Part shown: positions 14,168 through 26,478 of the stretch, one piece after another
How positions within the stretch are numbered: position 1 is the first letter of the stretch
How the letters are laid out: each line of letters begins with the position of its first letter
NCBI RefSeq assembly: GCF_024521635.1
Contig: NW_026250406.1
Coordinates: forward strand, 868,001 to 932,000
Origin: Tricharina praecox
Lineage: Eukaryota
Direction of reading: 5' to 3'
Length of the DNA: 64,000 nucleotides
The notes under the pieces: generated by a model
Database searches by the model: none
The model's input: the letters and a program-made list of their open reading frames with translations, nothing else
What the model was told of the DNA's origin: nothing
Made by a program: the position numbers and the translations under genes

Positions 14168-16042
14168 TTACCAGTAATACTGCCCGCCAGGGCCCTCATC
14201 CGCGCCGCCGCCGCCACCGCCACCCTGCTGCGAGAGCAGGTGAGATTCCTCCGGTGGCGGGACACTTTTCCTCCTAAGTGTCAAGTCGCGTCTTCTCTGC
14301 TGTTGCTGTGGTTGTGGTTGTGGATATGGTTGTGGTGGTGGTTGTGCGCCGTGACCAGCCGTGCTAGGCGGGCTGATAAGACTGTGTTCCGAGCCGGAGC
14401 CGTGGAGTGTCGTTGATCCGCCCGAGCTCGAGCGCTCCGACATTGGCGGCAGCGGTGGGGGCATAATGTTCTCTGCCAGCGACTCTCGTCGGCGGTGGTG
14501 GGTGATATTCCCCGGGACTGTGGGCGCGGGGCGCGGCGAGAGGTGCCCGCCGGTTAGGGTTGCGGTGGGGGAGTTGGTGGTGTAGATTGAGGCGGTGGAG
14601 GAGGGGGGGATGATGGTGGGTGTGGCGGGGATGGGGATTGGGTGAGGGGATGGGCTCCGCCAGTTGCGGGGGACTGGTGGTAGGTTGCTGGAGTCCAAAG
14701 GCGGGAACGGGTGCAGCGGCCCGTAGATGTTGCTTGCGGCGGCGGGCGGCTTCGGGTACACGTCGGGAGAGTAGTGGTCCTCGCCCACGCCGACACCGGG
14801 CGGGCCGTTGCCCATCAGGCTGTCCGATTCTGAGCGGTGCGGGGTGGGGGAGTGGGAGTTGGAGCCGCCGGAGACGATGGCGTAGCCGCCGAGTGCCCCC
14901 CCGCTGCCGAGTGCCCCCCTGCCGCCACTCATTACCCCCTCGATCCTCTCCTTCCGTCGGCGTTCCCGGTCCTTGTTGGAGTTGCGTTTGCGCATCAGGA
15001 CACAGACGCCGACTATCAGGGTGGCGAGGACGATAACGCCCACAACGCCGCCGGCGATCGCACCCTTATTGGTTTTATTCAGGCCGCTTACTTGTGGCTC
15101 TGCGGGCCGGGCGGGCCGGACAGTAACTGTTTCTCGAACCCAGGTAACGCGAGTCCAGGGGTTGTTTTTTGTTGCGCTCTGGAAGGGAATGATGTTTGCT
15201 GATTCGGTGATGGTGGTGAAGCGAGTTGTCGTGGTGTACCCGGAGGTGACGGTGCCAGAGGTTACCGTCGAGGTCCGCGTGATGTCCCGCCAGGTGCTGT
15301 CCCAGATCGTCTGTACGGCGTTCGGGTCCGTCACGGTTACTGTTTCGTCTTCTTCACCAGAGGGCCATGCTTTACTCGTCGGCGAGGGGACGGCCGATTC
15401 CGCTCCTGAATTGGAGCTCCAGGGGCCATCATTCGTCGGTGCCGCGGTCCCCGTCACAGCAGGGTCCCCAGTTCCGTCCTCCATGGTCGCTGGTGCTGTA
15501 GCACTCGGCATCCACTCCCCATCATCGAGCGTCCCCGATGTCCACTTTCCATCATCAAACGTCTGGGTCGCCGTAACAGCGTCGGGCGTCCAACGTCCAT
15601 CATCCTGTCTCTGACGCACCCTCGCCCCCAAAGCCCTCCCCGAGGTAACAGTAGTAGTTATAGTCCTCGTGGTGGTATGCGGATCCACATTATTCGCAAC
15701 AACAATATTCCCACTCGCACTCTTCTTCTCCGTCTTTGTAACCCATACCGTCGTCGTCCCGCGTAGCGTTTCCGGCCGCGTCACAATCGTCGAGTAGTAC
15801 GCGGTGGTGTAGGTTGTTTTCACCGTTGTCCGCGAGGGTACAGTGACCGTCGTGTGCCCGCGACGTTCGAGATCGCGTTGTTGCTGTAGTGGTTGTTTTT
15901 GTTGTTGGTGGTTCTGCGCTGCGGCTGGGATTGCAAACACCATCTGCGGGAGCGCAGCCAGTGTCAGGTAGCACAGGAACAACATTGACGCCGGTATCTT
16001 TGTCTTTGTTCTCGCTGGCGATCTTGTTCTTGTTCTCGTCAT
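14168..16042 (-). CDS. Single-pass type I membrane protein (Mid2/Wsc-like architecture): signal peptide, Thr/Ser-rich ectodomain, TM helix, Pro-rich tail; start 16042 or 15985
   Basis: Intronless ORF; hydrophobic MLFLCYLTLAALPQMVFA; TM segment GAIAGGVVGVIVLATLIVGVCVLM followed by RKR. Confidence 0.8.
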   Translation of the reverse strand: MTRTRTRSPARTKTKIPASMLFLCYLTLAALPQMVFAIPAAAQNHQQQKQPLQQQRDLERRGHTTVTVPSRTTVKTTYTTAYYSTIVTRPETLRGTTTVWVTKTEKKSASGNIVVANNVDPHTTTRTITTTVTSGRALGARVRQRQDDGRWTPDAVTATQTFDDGKWTSGTLDDGEWMPSATAPATMEDGTGDPAVTGTAAPTNDGPWSSNSGAESAVPSPTSKAWPSGEEDETVTVTDPNAVQTIWDSTWRDITRTSTVTSGTVTSGYTTTTRFTTITESANIIPFQSATKNNPWTRVTWVRETVTVRPARPAEPQVSGLNKTNKGAIAGGVVGVIVLATLIVGVCVLMRKRNSNKDRERRRKERIEGVMSGGRGALGSGGALGGYAIVSGGSNSHSPTPHRSESDSLMGNGPPGVGVGEDHYSPDVYPKPPAAASNIYGPLHPFPPLDSSNLPPVPRNWRSPSPHPIPIPATPTIIPPSSTASIYTTNSPTATLTGGHLSPRPAPTVPGNITHHRRRESLAENIMPPPLPPMSERSSSGGSTTLHGSGSEHSLISPPSTAGHGAQPPPQPYPQPQPQQQQRRRDLTLRRKSVPPPEESHLLSQQGGGGGGGADEGPGGQYYW

Positions 16043-19000
16043 GGCGGGCGATAACTGAGGATGGCAGCGGCGGCGGCAGGCGGGTGGTGAGCTTCCTCGG
16101 CCGTCTGTCAATACCTACGACAGGCAGGCAGCTGACCGGACCGGAAAATGTCGTGTGGGTGTGGGTGTGAGCGAGTATAGTAAAATGCGGAGGTGGGTGA
16201 GAAAAGCGGAGAGGAGGAGAAGCAAAAGCAGAAGAAGGAGGCTGGCTGGCTGGTTGGCTGACTGGATGGCTGACTGGATGGCTGGATTATTGCTGGCTGG
16301 CTGCTCTATCCCGCTCGCGATTCGTTACACCGATGGTTTTTGGATTGGCTGGCGGTGCTTCCACAGTCAGGACCGCCCAGGCAGCCACTTGCCCTCCCCC
16401 TCCCCCCTTTGGGGTGTGACAGACAATATCGCCCAGCGTCTAATCTGGCTGCATATTGGATGAGGGCCCAGGGCTGATGCTGCTATATTTGTTGCCGAGC
16501 AGACTGGACAATCCGACAGAGGGGGCACTTAGCTACTATGGCATGGCTCGAAATATGGACTTTATTGAGGAGTTCAAGACGGTCCGTAGTTAGTTGATCT
16601 TCAGGATTCGCGATCGTCGCGAGTCGCCAAGGTCTACTATTACTCTACTAATTAGTACATTTACGCGAATACAGTCCACAGTCCACAGGTCCAGACCACG
16701 TTCCCGGCTTGGCTCCTGGAATAATAATATGGACAATAAGCATCCTCCATGGCACGGTACTCTAACTTAGGCGGCTGTCAGCGTGCTCGGTTACCTGTAA
16801 CTATAGTACTCCATAGCATGATGGATTCTTCACTCCATCGGCATGAACATGGAACCAAATCCCTCCCCTCTTCCTCCCGGTCCTACTCTACCGGTACTCT
16901 ACTCTACAGTCCATCTTCCGGCGAAGACACCCTGTCCGAGAAGTGGTATATATGGTCCCATCACGGACCAAAGTGCCGATTCCCACTCCTATTCAAATTT
17001 CAGCCCACGTAACCACTATGTATACGCAACTCAACCTTCCAGCTCAGCTTCTCATGCGCAACGCATGCTCAGCAGAGTACCGGAACCTACTAGTTAGTTA
17101 GTCAGCACCTAGTTATCTATCTTCCAATTCGTAACAAGCAGTCGCTAATCCGAAGGCAAAAAAACATCAGCGGACACATCCATAGGGCCAGCCCGTGACG
17201 TTAGCTTCCGGAATTAGCGAGTTCATGTTTCAAGCTTCCTACCCCGCCCCGCCCAGCCCAGCCCAACTGCGCACTACGGTCTGCGCAGCCTTCCCGCTGC
17301 TCCACCGCCGCCTCCGCCGCCAGTCGTCGGTGGTCTAAAACCGGGGCACAACGTTGCAAATCCTTAATCGCCAAACGTGCAACCTTTGGAAGCTCGAACG
17401 TAGGGATACTACTAGGTAGTAAGGCTAACAATAGGCTTGGAATGGGATCCGGGGCATTGGTAGCTATGTAGATGCTTACTGTAACCGCCGCGGGGAGCTT
17501 TTCTGGTGACTGGTCGGTGGGAATCGGGTGTCGGGATCATGGCTATGGCCATGGCCAATCGAGGCGCGGCGATCGAGGGATCAATGTGAATGGGTGCGCG
17601 AACGGCGTGCGGGAGGAGGGATTGGACATACCTACTCTACTTATCTACCCGGAACGGTAGCCAGTCACGTACCGTACGTCGAGGTATGATACACACATTG
17701 ATCCACACCACTGACCAGAGCTTGTTTTTTCTTGCGGACCAGTCACAGTAGACCAGTTGCAGACTCACAGTGGCTCAGCTGTGACGGGCTCGAGCTGGGT
17801 ATTTGGAGTGCATATGTGCAGAACTTAGGTAATCGATCTTTGTGATTGTGATACCGTACCGCGCCGTTTGCGGCGGCGTCTGTTGGGAGATAACGCGAAG
17901 ATTAATGATTATTGGCTGCTTATGTACTGGTACAGCTCAGCTCAGGTCTAACTACCGGCAACCGCGCATCAGCCATCAGCCCAGCCCCCCAAGTCTACTA
18001 TGGTAGAGTACCGGCTCCCTTGTTGCTGACGGGAAAGGAGAGGATACGAATCACTGTTCATGATTATGGTGAACTGGTTACTGCCCCCGCTTGAGCGGGG
18101 CGGTGCGAAAGCGGACTCGTCTTCAACTTTCAAGCCCATCATGCATAAGTACCAGAGTACCAACTCTCACTCCATGTAAATACGAGTAAACTGGAGTACC
18201 GTAGCCGGTTCTTACGCGCCCAGTCAGCAAGCCCACCTCCTCGATTCGCTGCTGTAATACTACAGGTATCATTCATCTCGATTCCCGAGTCTCGACTGAT
18301 TTCCATAATCTCCTACGAACGGCCAACATCTAGGTGGGACATATTGCAAGTTCACCTTCCACAGTAGACGGAACCCAGGAGAGGAAGAAACACCACCACT
18401 CCAATACCATATGATCATTTCTCGAGCATCAGTGAATACCGAGTGAGACCGTATGAATGACCGCGCTCGGCATGGCCAGCCAACCTGGGGGGACCATGAG
18501 AAGGGTTAAGTGCTCGCTCTAACACTTTGTCTTGTCTAAGTAGGGTTGGAATCCGCCTCCAACGACAACCACAGTGGCGTCAGGAATCAGGATCCATTGA
18601 GAATCCGAGAGTTGTGCAATGGGCATTCACTCTCCGAATCTACTCTACCTATTCTCGTCGGAATTCGGAGTTCGGAGTTCGGTGACTCGGTCAGCTAGGC
18701 TGCCGGCAGCTACTAATTAACGCATCAACTTCGCCATCCTTCAAGGACTACCTCCCATCTTTGCTCCAGGACTGGGTACCTACAGAACACTGCTACACTG
18801 GTACTTCATCCATCACCGATAAGTACCCGTTGTTCGGACCGAAGCCCGCGGATCCTGGGTTAGAACTACCTACTTAGAATCTTGGATACTTGGACTTTCG
18901 CTTTCATTCCCGTTAGGTAATTCCTCTTTTATTCCCTTCCGGTCACTTCCTCATTCATAGCATCGCCGAGAAAGTGCTCCGAGTCGATTACCACCCGTGT

Positions 19001-19056
19001 GATGTAAGATGCTATCAAATTCCCTCGATGAACCACGGCCTTAACGGAGGAAGTTA

Positions 19057-19432
19057 TTGCCATCGCCATTGTCATTGTCGTTGTCGTCACCGTTGCCGTT
19101 GCCATTACCATTATCATTGTCGTTACCGTTACCGGTGCCATTATCATTGCCGGTGCCATTGTCATTGCCGGTGTTATTGTCGTTACCGCTGCCATTGTCA
19201 TTGTCATTGCCGTTGCCATTGCCACTGCCATTACCTTTGCCATTGTCACTGTCATTGCTGCTGCCATTGTCATTGCCGTTGCTATTGTAGTTGCTGGTGC
19301 CATTATCATTGCCGCTGCCATTGGCGTTGGCGTAGTCATTGGCGTTGCCGCTGCCATTGGCGTTGGCGTTGTCACTGCCATTACCATTGCCATTGCCATT
19401 GCCGCTGTCATTACCGCTGCTGCTGCCGTTAT
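19057..19432. repeat. Degenerate hexamer minisatellite (G[G/A]YAAY on the minus strand), possibly coding for an Asn/Gly/Asp-rich peptide (ATG 19454 to stop 19041)
   Basis: About 60 imperfect 6-bp units; minus frame reads GNDNGNGN... Confidence 0.85.
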
Positions 19433-21294
19433 CGTCGTGGGTAACGGTGAACATGTTGGTTAGCCACACCTGCGACCTGATGTTGAATCACGCCCAATCA
19501 CGCCCAACCACTCCTTTCAAGTTTTAACTTTCAACCTACTCGATGATTGTATCATCGGTGGATAGACAGACAGATCGCTGCTTGACCTCTGACCTCTGAC
19601 CTCTGACCTCGGCCCTCCGCTAGATAGTCCATTGATTGCCCGAGTGCCATGCGGCGTACCGTCCCGTTCTCTCAATCCCGACTCCTGACTCCTGACTCCC
19701 GACTCCAGACGCCGAGTCATAACTTAGTTATACGCGGGTGCCATCTCATGACCCACAGGCACGAATAGTCATCACCAAAGCACTTGCACACCACACTGAG
19801 CACTTCAGAGTCCAGAACGATTAAACCAATATCTACAGCCATCTTATGTAGGTATGCTGTTACACACCCACACACATCCACACACAAACTCACTCACGCA
19901 CTCACTCACTCACTCACTCACTCACTCACTCACTCACCACCCAGGCAAAACAAACAAACGACCACCAACATCTCTCGTTCCAAGTTCCAAGTTCCAAGTT
20001 CAAATCAAAACACTCAGAAAAGTTCAAAACGTCCCTCCCTTCGCGCCGTTGCAGATTTGCAGATTTGCAGATTCACCATGGTCCATACTCATGCTGTCGT
20101 TCCCCCCTCCGCCCACCAATACATACAGTGAAATATAAAAAGAGCACCAAGGAAATCAAGAGAAAGGAAAGAAAAATAACCATTTCGTATCCACACCTCA
20201 TTTTCCACCCCCCCCCCCCCCCCCCTCCGTGCCAATGATGCCAATGATGCCATACATAGCAGCGCTCCCCGACCGATGAAAGATGAAAGATGAAAGAAAA
20301 TCCACCTAAAAATCCAGAAAATAAAACGCGAATTGAAGAAAATAAAAAAGAAAAGAAACCGAAAAGAACGTCCAAAGAAATCTGTTCTGACCAGTCTCCC
20401 CCGCCCCCGCTGTGTCGAATGCCAATCCCATCCAGCCCTCCTCCTACAAGCCTACAAGCCTACAAGCCCAATGCGTGAACACCTGTATGATACGTACTCG
20501 GACCAAAAACCAAACCGTGAGAAAGAGAAGACATCAAAACGGCCAGGTGACAAGTGACAAGTGCATGCTCTCAACCCTGGGCTATACAAGCGAAAGGAAA
20601 AACAACTCAAAAACAAGGGCCCAGGTAAGAGGTCCCAGCAATTCCAGTCCAGTTCCGTTCCAGTTCCAATCCTGTGGCGGGCAGTGCAGTGCATTCCTTT
20701 CCGGCGCGGAGTTCCATTATAGCAGACAAGATCCAGAATCCAGGGTCCTAGTCCGTCCGGGGGCTGGGTTCCAAAAAGGGTCCAATTTTTTTCTTTCCAA
20801 AATCCTGTATCAATGAAGGGCAGAGAAGAGGCATTCCGAAAAGAACCGCAAGGCAGGCAGGCAAGACGGACGAACGGCCTCTCCAGAGGGTATGTTCCAT
20901 CCAAGAAAACTGGCATCGTAACTGGCAATCCAAAATTGATCCAAATGAGCGTGGGTGGTTGTGTGCGGGGCGTGACTCCACCGAAAGCGCGAGGGCTGGC
21001 TCCTTCCGTCCGAAATATGGTCCAAGGTCCGTCTCCAGGAAGATCCAAATCCAAGTGGGGATAAACCATCCACTATTGATACCGAATGGTCCTCAATTCC
21101 AGGCATAAAAACAAAAACAAAAACAATAGGTTTGTCCGGCTCCATCACTCACATTAGGCATCTTCTCTTCATGGCAGGCCAAATCGTGAAAGGAAAAAGA
21201 AAAAGAAAAAAAGAAAAACGAATATCCTCTTCTAACACCCTTCCGGGTACCCGCCCCTGTACATCCACGAATCCCTATCCAGATGGTGATCGCA

Positions 21295-22462
21295 CTAGTC
21301 GCCTGCGCGCGGAGGGTAATACTGCTGCTGTTGGCGGTAGTAATCCGGTGGATAATAGTATTGCGGGTGGTCCGGTTGGGGTTGCTGCGGTTGTCGCTGC
21401 GGCGGCTCGACGGGAACCTGCTGGGCACTCGCTGGGTTAGGCGGCCCGGGGTAATCCGGCGGAGGGTATTGCCTGGGGCGGTAGGGATCCGACGGTGGTT
21501 CCACTGGTCCTGAATCATGCGGGTGGCCATGCGAAGGATACTGCTGCTGCTGCGGATTGCCCGGGTATCGGTGCTGTTCATAGCGGTAGTTGGTAGCTCC
21601 GGAATTGAGCGGCGGTGGCTCGTGTGAAACATGTCCACCGTATGCGGGACGCCCACCATGTCCACCGTTCCCACCGTGGCTCCCGGGATGGGGCACAGTA
21701 TGGCTACGTCCGTACGCATCCGGGACAGCGAAACGGGAATCCATTGGAGGCGGTTCCGATCGCAAGGGATGTGGCTCCTGGGTTGCAGGCAGCTCGGCGG
21801 CGGTGACGGTCGGCGCAGCGCGCCTCCGGCTGTCTTTCCACGCTTGCGACTGGAAGTATTCTGGCCACCCCTCGTCTGCGTTGAGCAACCGAACCTCTGT
21901 CTGTTCTTCCACCACCCCCGAAGAAGCGGATGAAGAGCATGGAGGATAAGGGGATCTATACGTACCAGGTTCTGGCTCACGCTTCCGACTCGACTCCCTC
22001 TTCTCCGTCAGCCACCTGGCTGAATCTGCTTTCAATGATGCAATCATTTGCTGTTGAGCGGGGGTGGGTTAGGACGACATCTTCTTGTTTCGAGTTTTTG
22101 TTCTTCTTCTCTTTCCTCAACGGCCCAACGGTGGAGGACATGAGGGGAGAAGGAACAATAAAAGGCTCTGTAGCGGTAAGGAGGAACGTACGTTTGTAAG
22201 AGGCCGGTATGCATTGTACCAGTAGCCAGGTCGATTCTGGGTCGCCGCAACAGGAACCATCAGCACACAACGAGCACACTTCTCACCGAGCAGAACTTCA
22301 ACATACATCCGGTCCCATACCCGGTCTCAGCGTCGTTCCGTTTCCTAGGTATCGTGGCAGATCGGTTTGTATCACGCGACGCTCTATGCCCTCGCCGTCG
22401 ACAAACCAGGGCTGATCGCTTTCCGGATCATAAGCAGAGTAGTGATGGCTGGGGCCGGCCAT
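21295..22462 (-). CDS. RfeG-like putative transcriptional regulator; exons 22462-22307, 22236-22192, 22050-21295 (possible further in-frame intron 21965-21861)
   Basis: Spliced N-terminus PWFVDGEGIERRVIQTDLPRYLGNGTTLRPG...GYWYNAYRPLTNQMIASLKADSARW resembles the RfeG N-terminal block; Pro/Gln/Tyr-rich C-terminus. Confidence 0.8.
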
Positions 22463-25203
22463 GGTTTCGGGGACAAGAAGCGGGATGTCTGCTCAAAGGT
22501 TTCAAAAGGTCCTGATATATGTGGCCTATCCAGAGTATTGTAGTAGGTTGAAAGGGCGGCTTATTTTTTCTTCTTTCTTTCCTTTCCCGTGTTTTCCGGC
22601 GCAAGCTGAGGGGACGATCCGGATTCCGCAGTGGAGGCCTGAGGCAAGCAAGAGGATCCAGTTACCGGCGCACAAAAGCAGTAGCACTCCGAGAAAGTTG
22701 GTTGGCTTGCGGACTCTTTTCGGGGGGATGAGTGATGTGTCCTTTTTTTTGTTTTGTTTTGGCGTCGGGGAAGGGGTGGATGATGGGTATGCTGCGGGCG
22801 GGAATACGAAGGCAGCAGGCTGCTGCGGATTCGAGGGGTCGGAGTACCTTTTTTCCGCACCGAGACGTCCGATCGGTCTGCTACGGAGAAAATATGAGGC
22901 TGAAGATATATGCTGAAGCACGCGGCCACGGATGCAATGCTGAGCGAGCAGAAGAAGGAGGATCGAACGAAGGGGTGGGATCCGGAGGGGGGCAATAGTC
23001 GGGATGAGGTGGTTCAAATACTCACTCAAGTCGCTCCCCTCTTGCTCCCTTGTCTGGCTGCTTGGCCTGCGTCTGCGCCCAGCGAGCGCTGCACTCTCGG
23101 GCGGCGGGCATCCCTGCCGCCACAAATGTACAACGCCATGTCACACCTGAGAATGGCCACGATTGTTGTCGCATCGGGGGATTCCGACGACGGTAGGCTG
23201 GCTGGTTATGCAGACCGCCGGCACTTTGGCAGCGAATGGGAAACGGCACAGTCGACAAACAAAACAAATAAAACGAACAAAACAGGGTGATCGCTCGGAC
23301 ACTCGCACAGGAATGATTGGCGGTCGCAGGGAGTGGGATACTTGTCGGGACTCGGAGTTGTCCAATCGACAAGAAGCGCACACGCGCCTGATGATAGTCT
23401 AATCGATGACTGGTCTGGCTGAGCACGTGACTACCTACTACCAACGGCCCGGTCTCATGTGAATGCCAAATTCAAACTCAAACTCAAACGGACGGAGTCA
23501 TTTTTCGTGATGCATGTGTTGAACTCTAATTGATAGCCTTTCAAGTTTCCACCAGCCGGTGAGGCGAGGCGCGCGGGTGCCCACGGCGGACCTGCACCTA
23601 CCACCGCTTACTGCGCAGCCAGCTATTACCTACCTGGTTACTCCAGCTCCTTGGAGTAGGCAGTTACCAGCCTCCTCGAATGTGTCTCTCGCCACCCTCC
23701 CTCATACCGGGAGAGCAGCGGGAGGATCCACCATCCACCATCCTTCTAGAAGCCCCACGCGGGACCGCCACCATGGCCCAAAATTCATATAGATGATCCA
23801 GGCCGAGCATCCCCTATGATCCTCCACGTTTTCATATCCAATCGCTATTTAGAGTAGCTGGAGTAGGCCTTGGCTGTTTCACAAAAACCCCTCATGGAAA
23901 CATCCCGGATTGCGTGCATAGGGTACGGTACGGTGGCCGACTCCAGGCTCCAGATCTGGGTATCCGTAGGTATGTATGAGGTAGGTATGGCGAGCCTGAG
24001 AAGTGCTGTTGCCGTGTGGTTGTGATTGTGGTTGTGGGGTTCGACCGGCAGGTAGTTGAGAGACAGTCAACACCGCCGGCCATTGGTGAGCATTGCTTCC
24101 ATGCGGGGGAGGAGAGGGGGGATTCCAACAAGCAAATACATATCCAGCTGAGGTGTTTACGGTACCCCACTTGGTGTATGAACTCGAGCATTAACACGAA
24201 ACCTTAAGTCGCTGGATGACGGGTCGGCGCCGGGCGGGGCCAGGAAGATCTGCAGCTGGGCTGGGTCGGGCCCGCCAATCATGGTGCAGCACGCGAAGAT
24301 GCCCCGCCAACGCCAACGCCCCCGCTCCTCTCTCACTCACTCGAGTCTCTTTCTCTCCCCGCATACGGTACAGGCAGTACCCCCCGCAACCCCCTCCTAC
24401 ACACATGCTCAGAAAGTGCATACATGGGCATATCTCTTCCAAAGTTCCAAAGTTCCAAACGCGACCGACCTTCGAAGGTACCGGTGCTACTCCCTCCCCA
24501 CATACATACGACCCTACATTAGTTAGGTACATACCTCATACGCTGCCTACACACGATCCTACATTTGTAGCATCTACCCGTCTGCTGCCTACACACTTCG
24601 CCTGCTGCCTGGTACGTACACACCCATAGCAGACCAAACCAAAAGCAGCCACCCCGGAAGGATCGTGAAGTATAACGTACGTTTGCATGATGTGTACCAG
24701 TAATGACTCAAAACCTTCATGTAGACAATAGCTCTATTTAACGGCGGCGACGGCGGTGCGGGGTTGGTATGTAGGGTGGTGGTGGTAGGTGGTGGGCGGG
24801 TTGTGATGGGATGGCATGCGCACACTCTGATAGGTAGAGTACATACGCTGTGTGGTATTGCACTGTGCATTGCGCTGTGCATTGCGCGTGACACCATCTT
24901 CCATCTTTCCCGTTCCGAAGTTCCGTCGTTCTGGTCGCTGTCACTCGGCTGGGCCTACTCTAGTGGTTGGCCTGCTCTCGACGTTAGTCACAGCTCATTA
25001 CTCGTGTTCATTATCTGGTCTGCGGTGTAGTTATGTAGAAAGAAACCGCCCACCCCCAGCTCCCCCTCCCCCCCGCGCTCCCAGCTTCCAGCTACCAAAC
25101 TCCCAAACTCCAGCTCTTAAACCCTCCCAAGTTTCAAACTCCCAAACTCCCAAACTTCCCCGGTAATGTACAGTACTAACGGCCGCTCTACAACTACAAC
25201 TGT

Positions 25204-26478
25204 CTACATCTCCGCCCCCGCCCCGCCCAGCGCCCACCACCCTCCCCAAAGCACCAACACAACGCCAATCAGCACACCGCAAACACCCGCGCTCTCCGCG
25301 GCCACCATCGCAGCGCCTACCACCAGTTCCCCCCTCCTAGCAACCGCCCTTCTTAGTCTCCAGTTCTCATCGACGCCAAACGGCGGGCTCACCACCTCCC
25401 CCCCACCCTCCCCAACCCCACCTTGTATGCTAAATACGGCAAAAACAGGTTGATGATCACTCCCCTTATAACTTGGTATGCTATCATACGCCATCACCTC
25501 CAGCCGCGGCGACGGCAGGAACAGCACGCGGTCTGTCCAGCTGGGCCAGCGGTTCTGTACAAACACATCCTCCCTTCCCTCGCCCCCCTCGTCATCTGAT
25601 GCAGGTGCGTCAAGATCGTATTTATAAGTCGGCGGAAACGTAACCGGCGCCTCCTCGAGGCCGTGACAGGTCAGTCCCGCCCTACGTCTTGCGGTCAACT
25701 GATCCCGATCGAGCCAGCTGCGCCAGGCCGAGCGCGGCGTGTTCGGTGGCGGGACCTCCACCCCGAGCCCCACTATCCCCTTCGGCCGTACGTCTGAAGT
25801 GCGGTAGTTCAAGTCGCCGAATACGAACAGGTGCCCGTTGGCGGTGGTGGGGTAGATCTGCTGCACGTCCTCCTGCTCCCCCTCCTCCTCCTCGCCGTCG
25901 CCCTGCCCGTCCCCGTCGGAGGAGGAGGAGGAGAAAACGAGTGTGCGCACCATATCCGCCCAATCCCGATCGCGCCTATCCGCGGCACCCTCATGCGCGG
26001 CGAAGTGGACGGCGACGGCCGTGATCTCCACACCGTCCACGAGCAGCCGCACAGCAACAGCGCCTTTATTCCCCAGCCCCACGCCCGCGCCGCCTACACT
26101 CAGGCCTACACCCAGCCCGGTGCTCGCCCACCTCACATCGGCCACCGCCGCCGCAGAGTGCGTGGGCGTGAACGCGAGCAACGCAGTCGGCCCGACATGA
26201 CACCACCCCAGCAGTTCGAACTCCGCTTCCGCACCATAGACGCTGCGGGTTGCGGCGGATACTGCCGAGGAGAGCGCGGTGATCGGCTGGGTGAGGCGGG
26301 GGCCGCCTACGAAGCTTGCGGAGATGGGGGCGAGTTCTTGGAGTGAGAGCAGGAGTAGCGCGGGGGGTAGGGTGGGGAGAGTTGGTGTTATCGCGGCGGA
26401 TAGGTGAGTGGGAGGTTGCGGGAGAAGCGCGCAGTTCAGCGTCAATAGGTATAACGTGAGTGGGACGGGGGGTGACAT
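25204..26478 (-). CDS. Inositol polyphosphate 5-phosphatase (Inp54-like) with C-terminal hydrophobic anchor
   Basis: Motifs LSLQEL, GNKGAV, HFAAHE, FVFGDLNYR, FPPTYKY, PSWTDRVL, SDHQPV; intronless; hydrophobic tail. Confidence 0.92.
   Translation of the reverse strand: MSPPVPLTLYLLTLNCALLPQPPTHLSAAITPTLPTLPPALLLLSLQELAPISASFVGGPRLTQPITALSSAVSAATRSVYGAEAEFELLGWCHVGPTALLAFTPTHSAAAVADVRWASTGLGVGLSVGGAGVGLGNKGAVAVRLLVDGVEITAVAVHFAAHEGAADRRDRDWADMVRTLVFSSSSSDGDGQGDGEEEEGEQEDVQQIYPTTANGHLFVFGDLNYRTSDVRPKGIVGLGVEVPPPNTPRSAWRSWLDRDQLTARRRAGLTCHGLEEAPVTFPPTYKYDLDAPASDDEGGEGREDVFVQNRWPSWTDRVLFLPSPRLEVMAYDSIPSYKGSDHQPVFAVFSIQGGVGEGGGEVVSPPFGVDENWRLRRAVARRGELVVGAAMVAAESAGVCGVLIGVVLVLWGGWWALGGAGAEM

Noticed and set aside
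18500..18565. GGTTGGAATCC, a tRNA T-loop-like string
   Set aside because: Cannot be folded into a cloverleaf. No tRNA, rRNA or CRISPR array was found anywhere in the window.
18974..19444. 156-aa Cys/His-rich 'metallothionein-like' ORF on the plus strand (CHCHCRC...)
   Set aside because: It is an alternative-frame reading of the hexamer repeat, starts at a non-ATG codon and has no independent gene signals.
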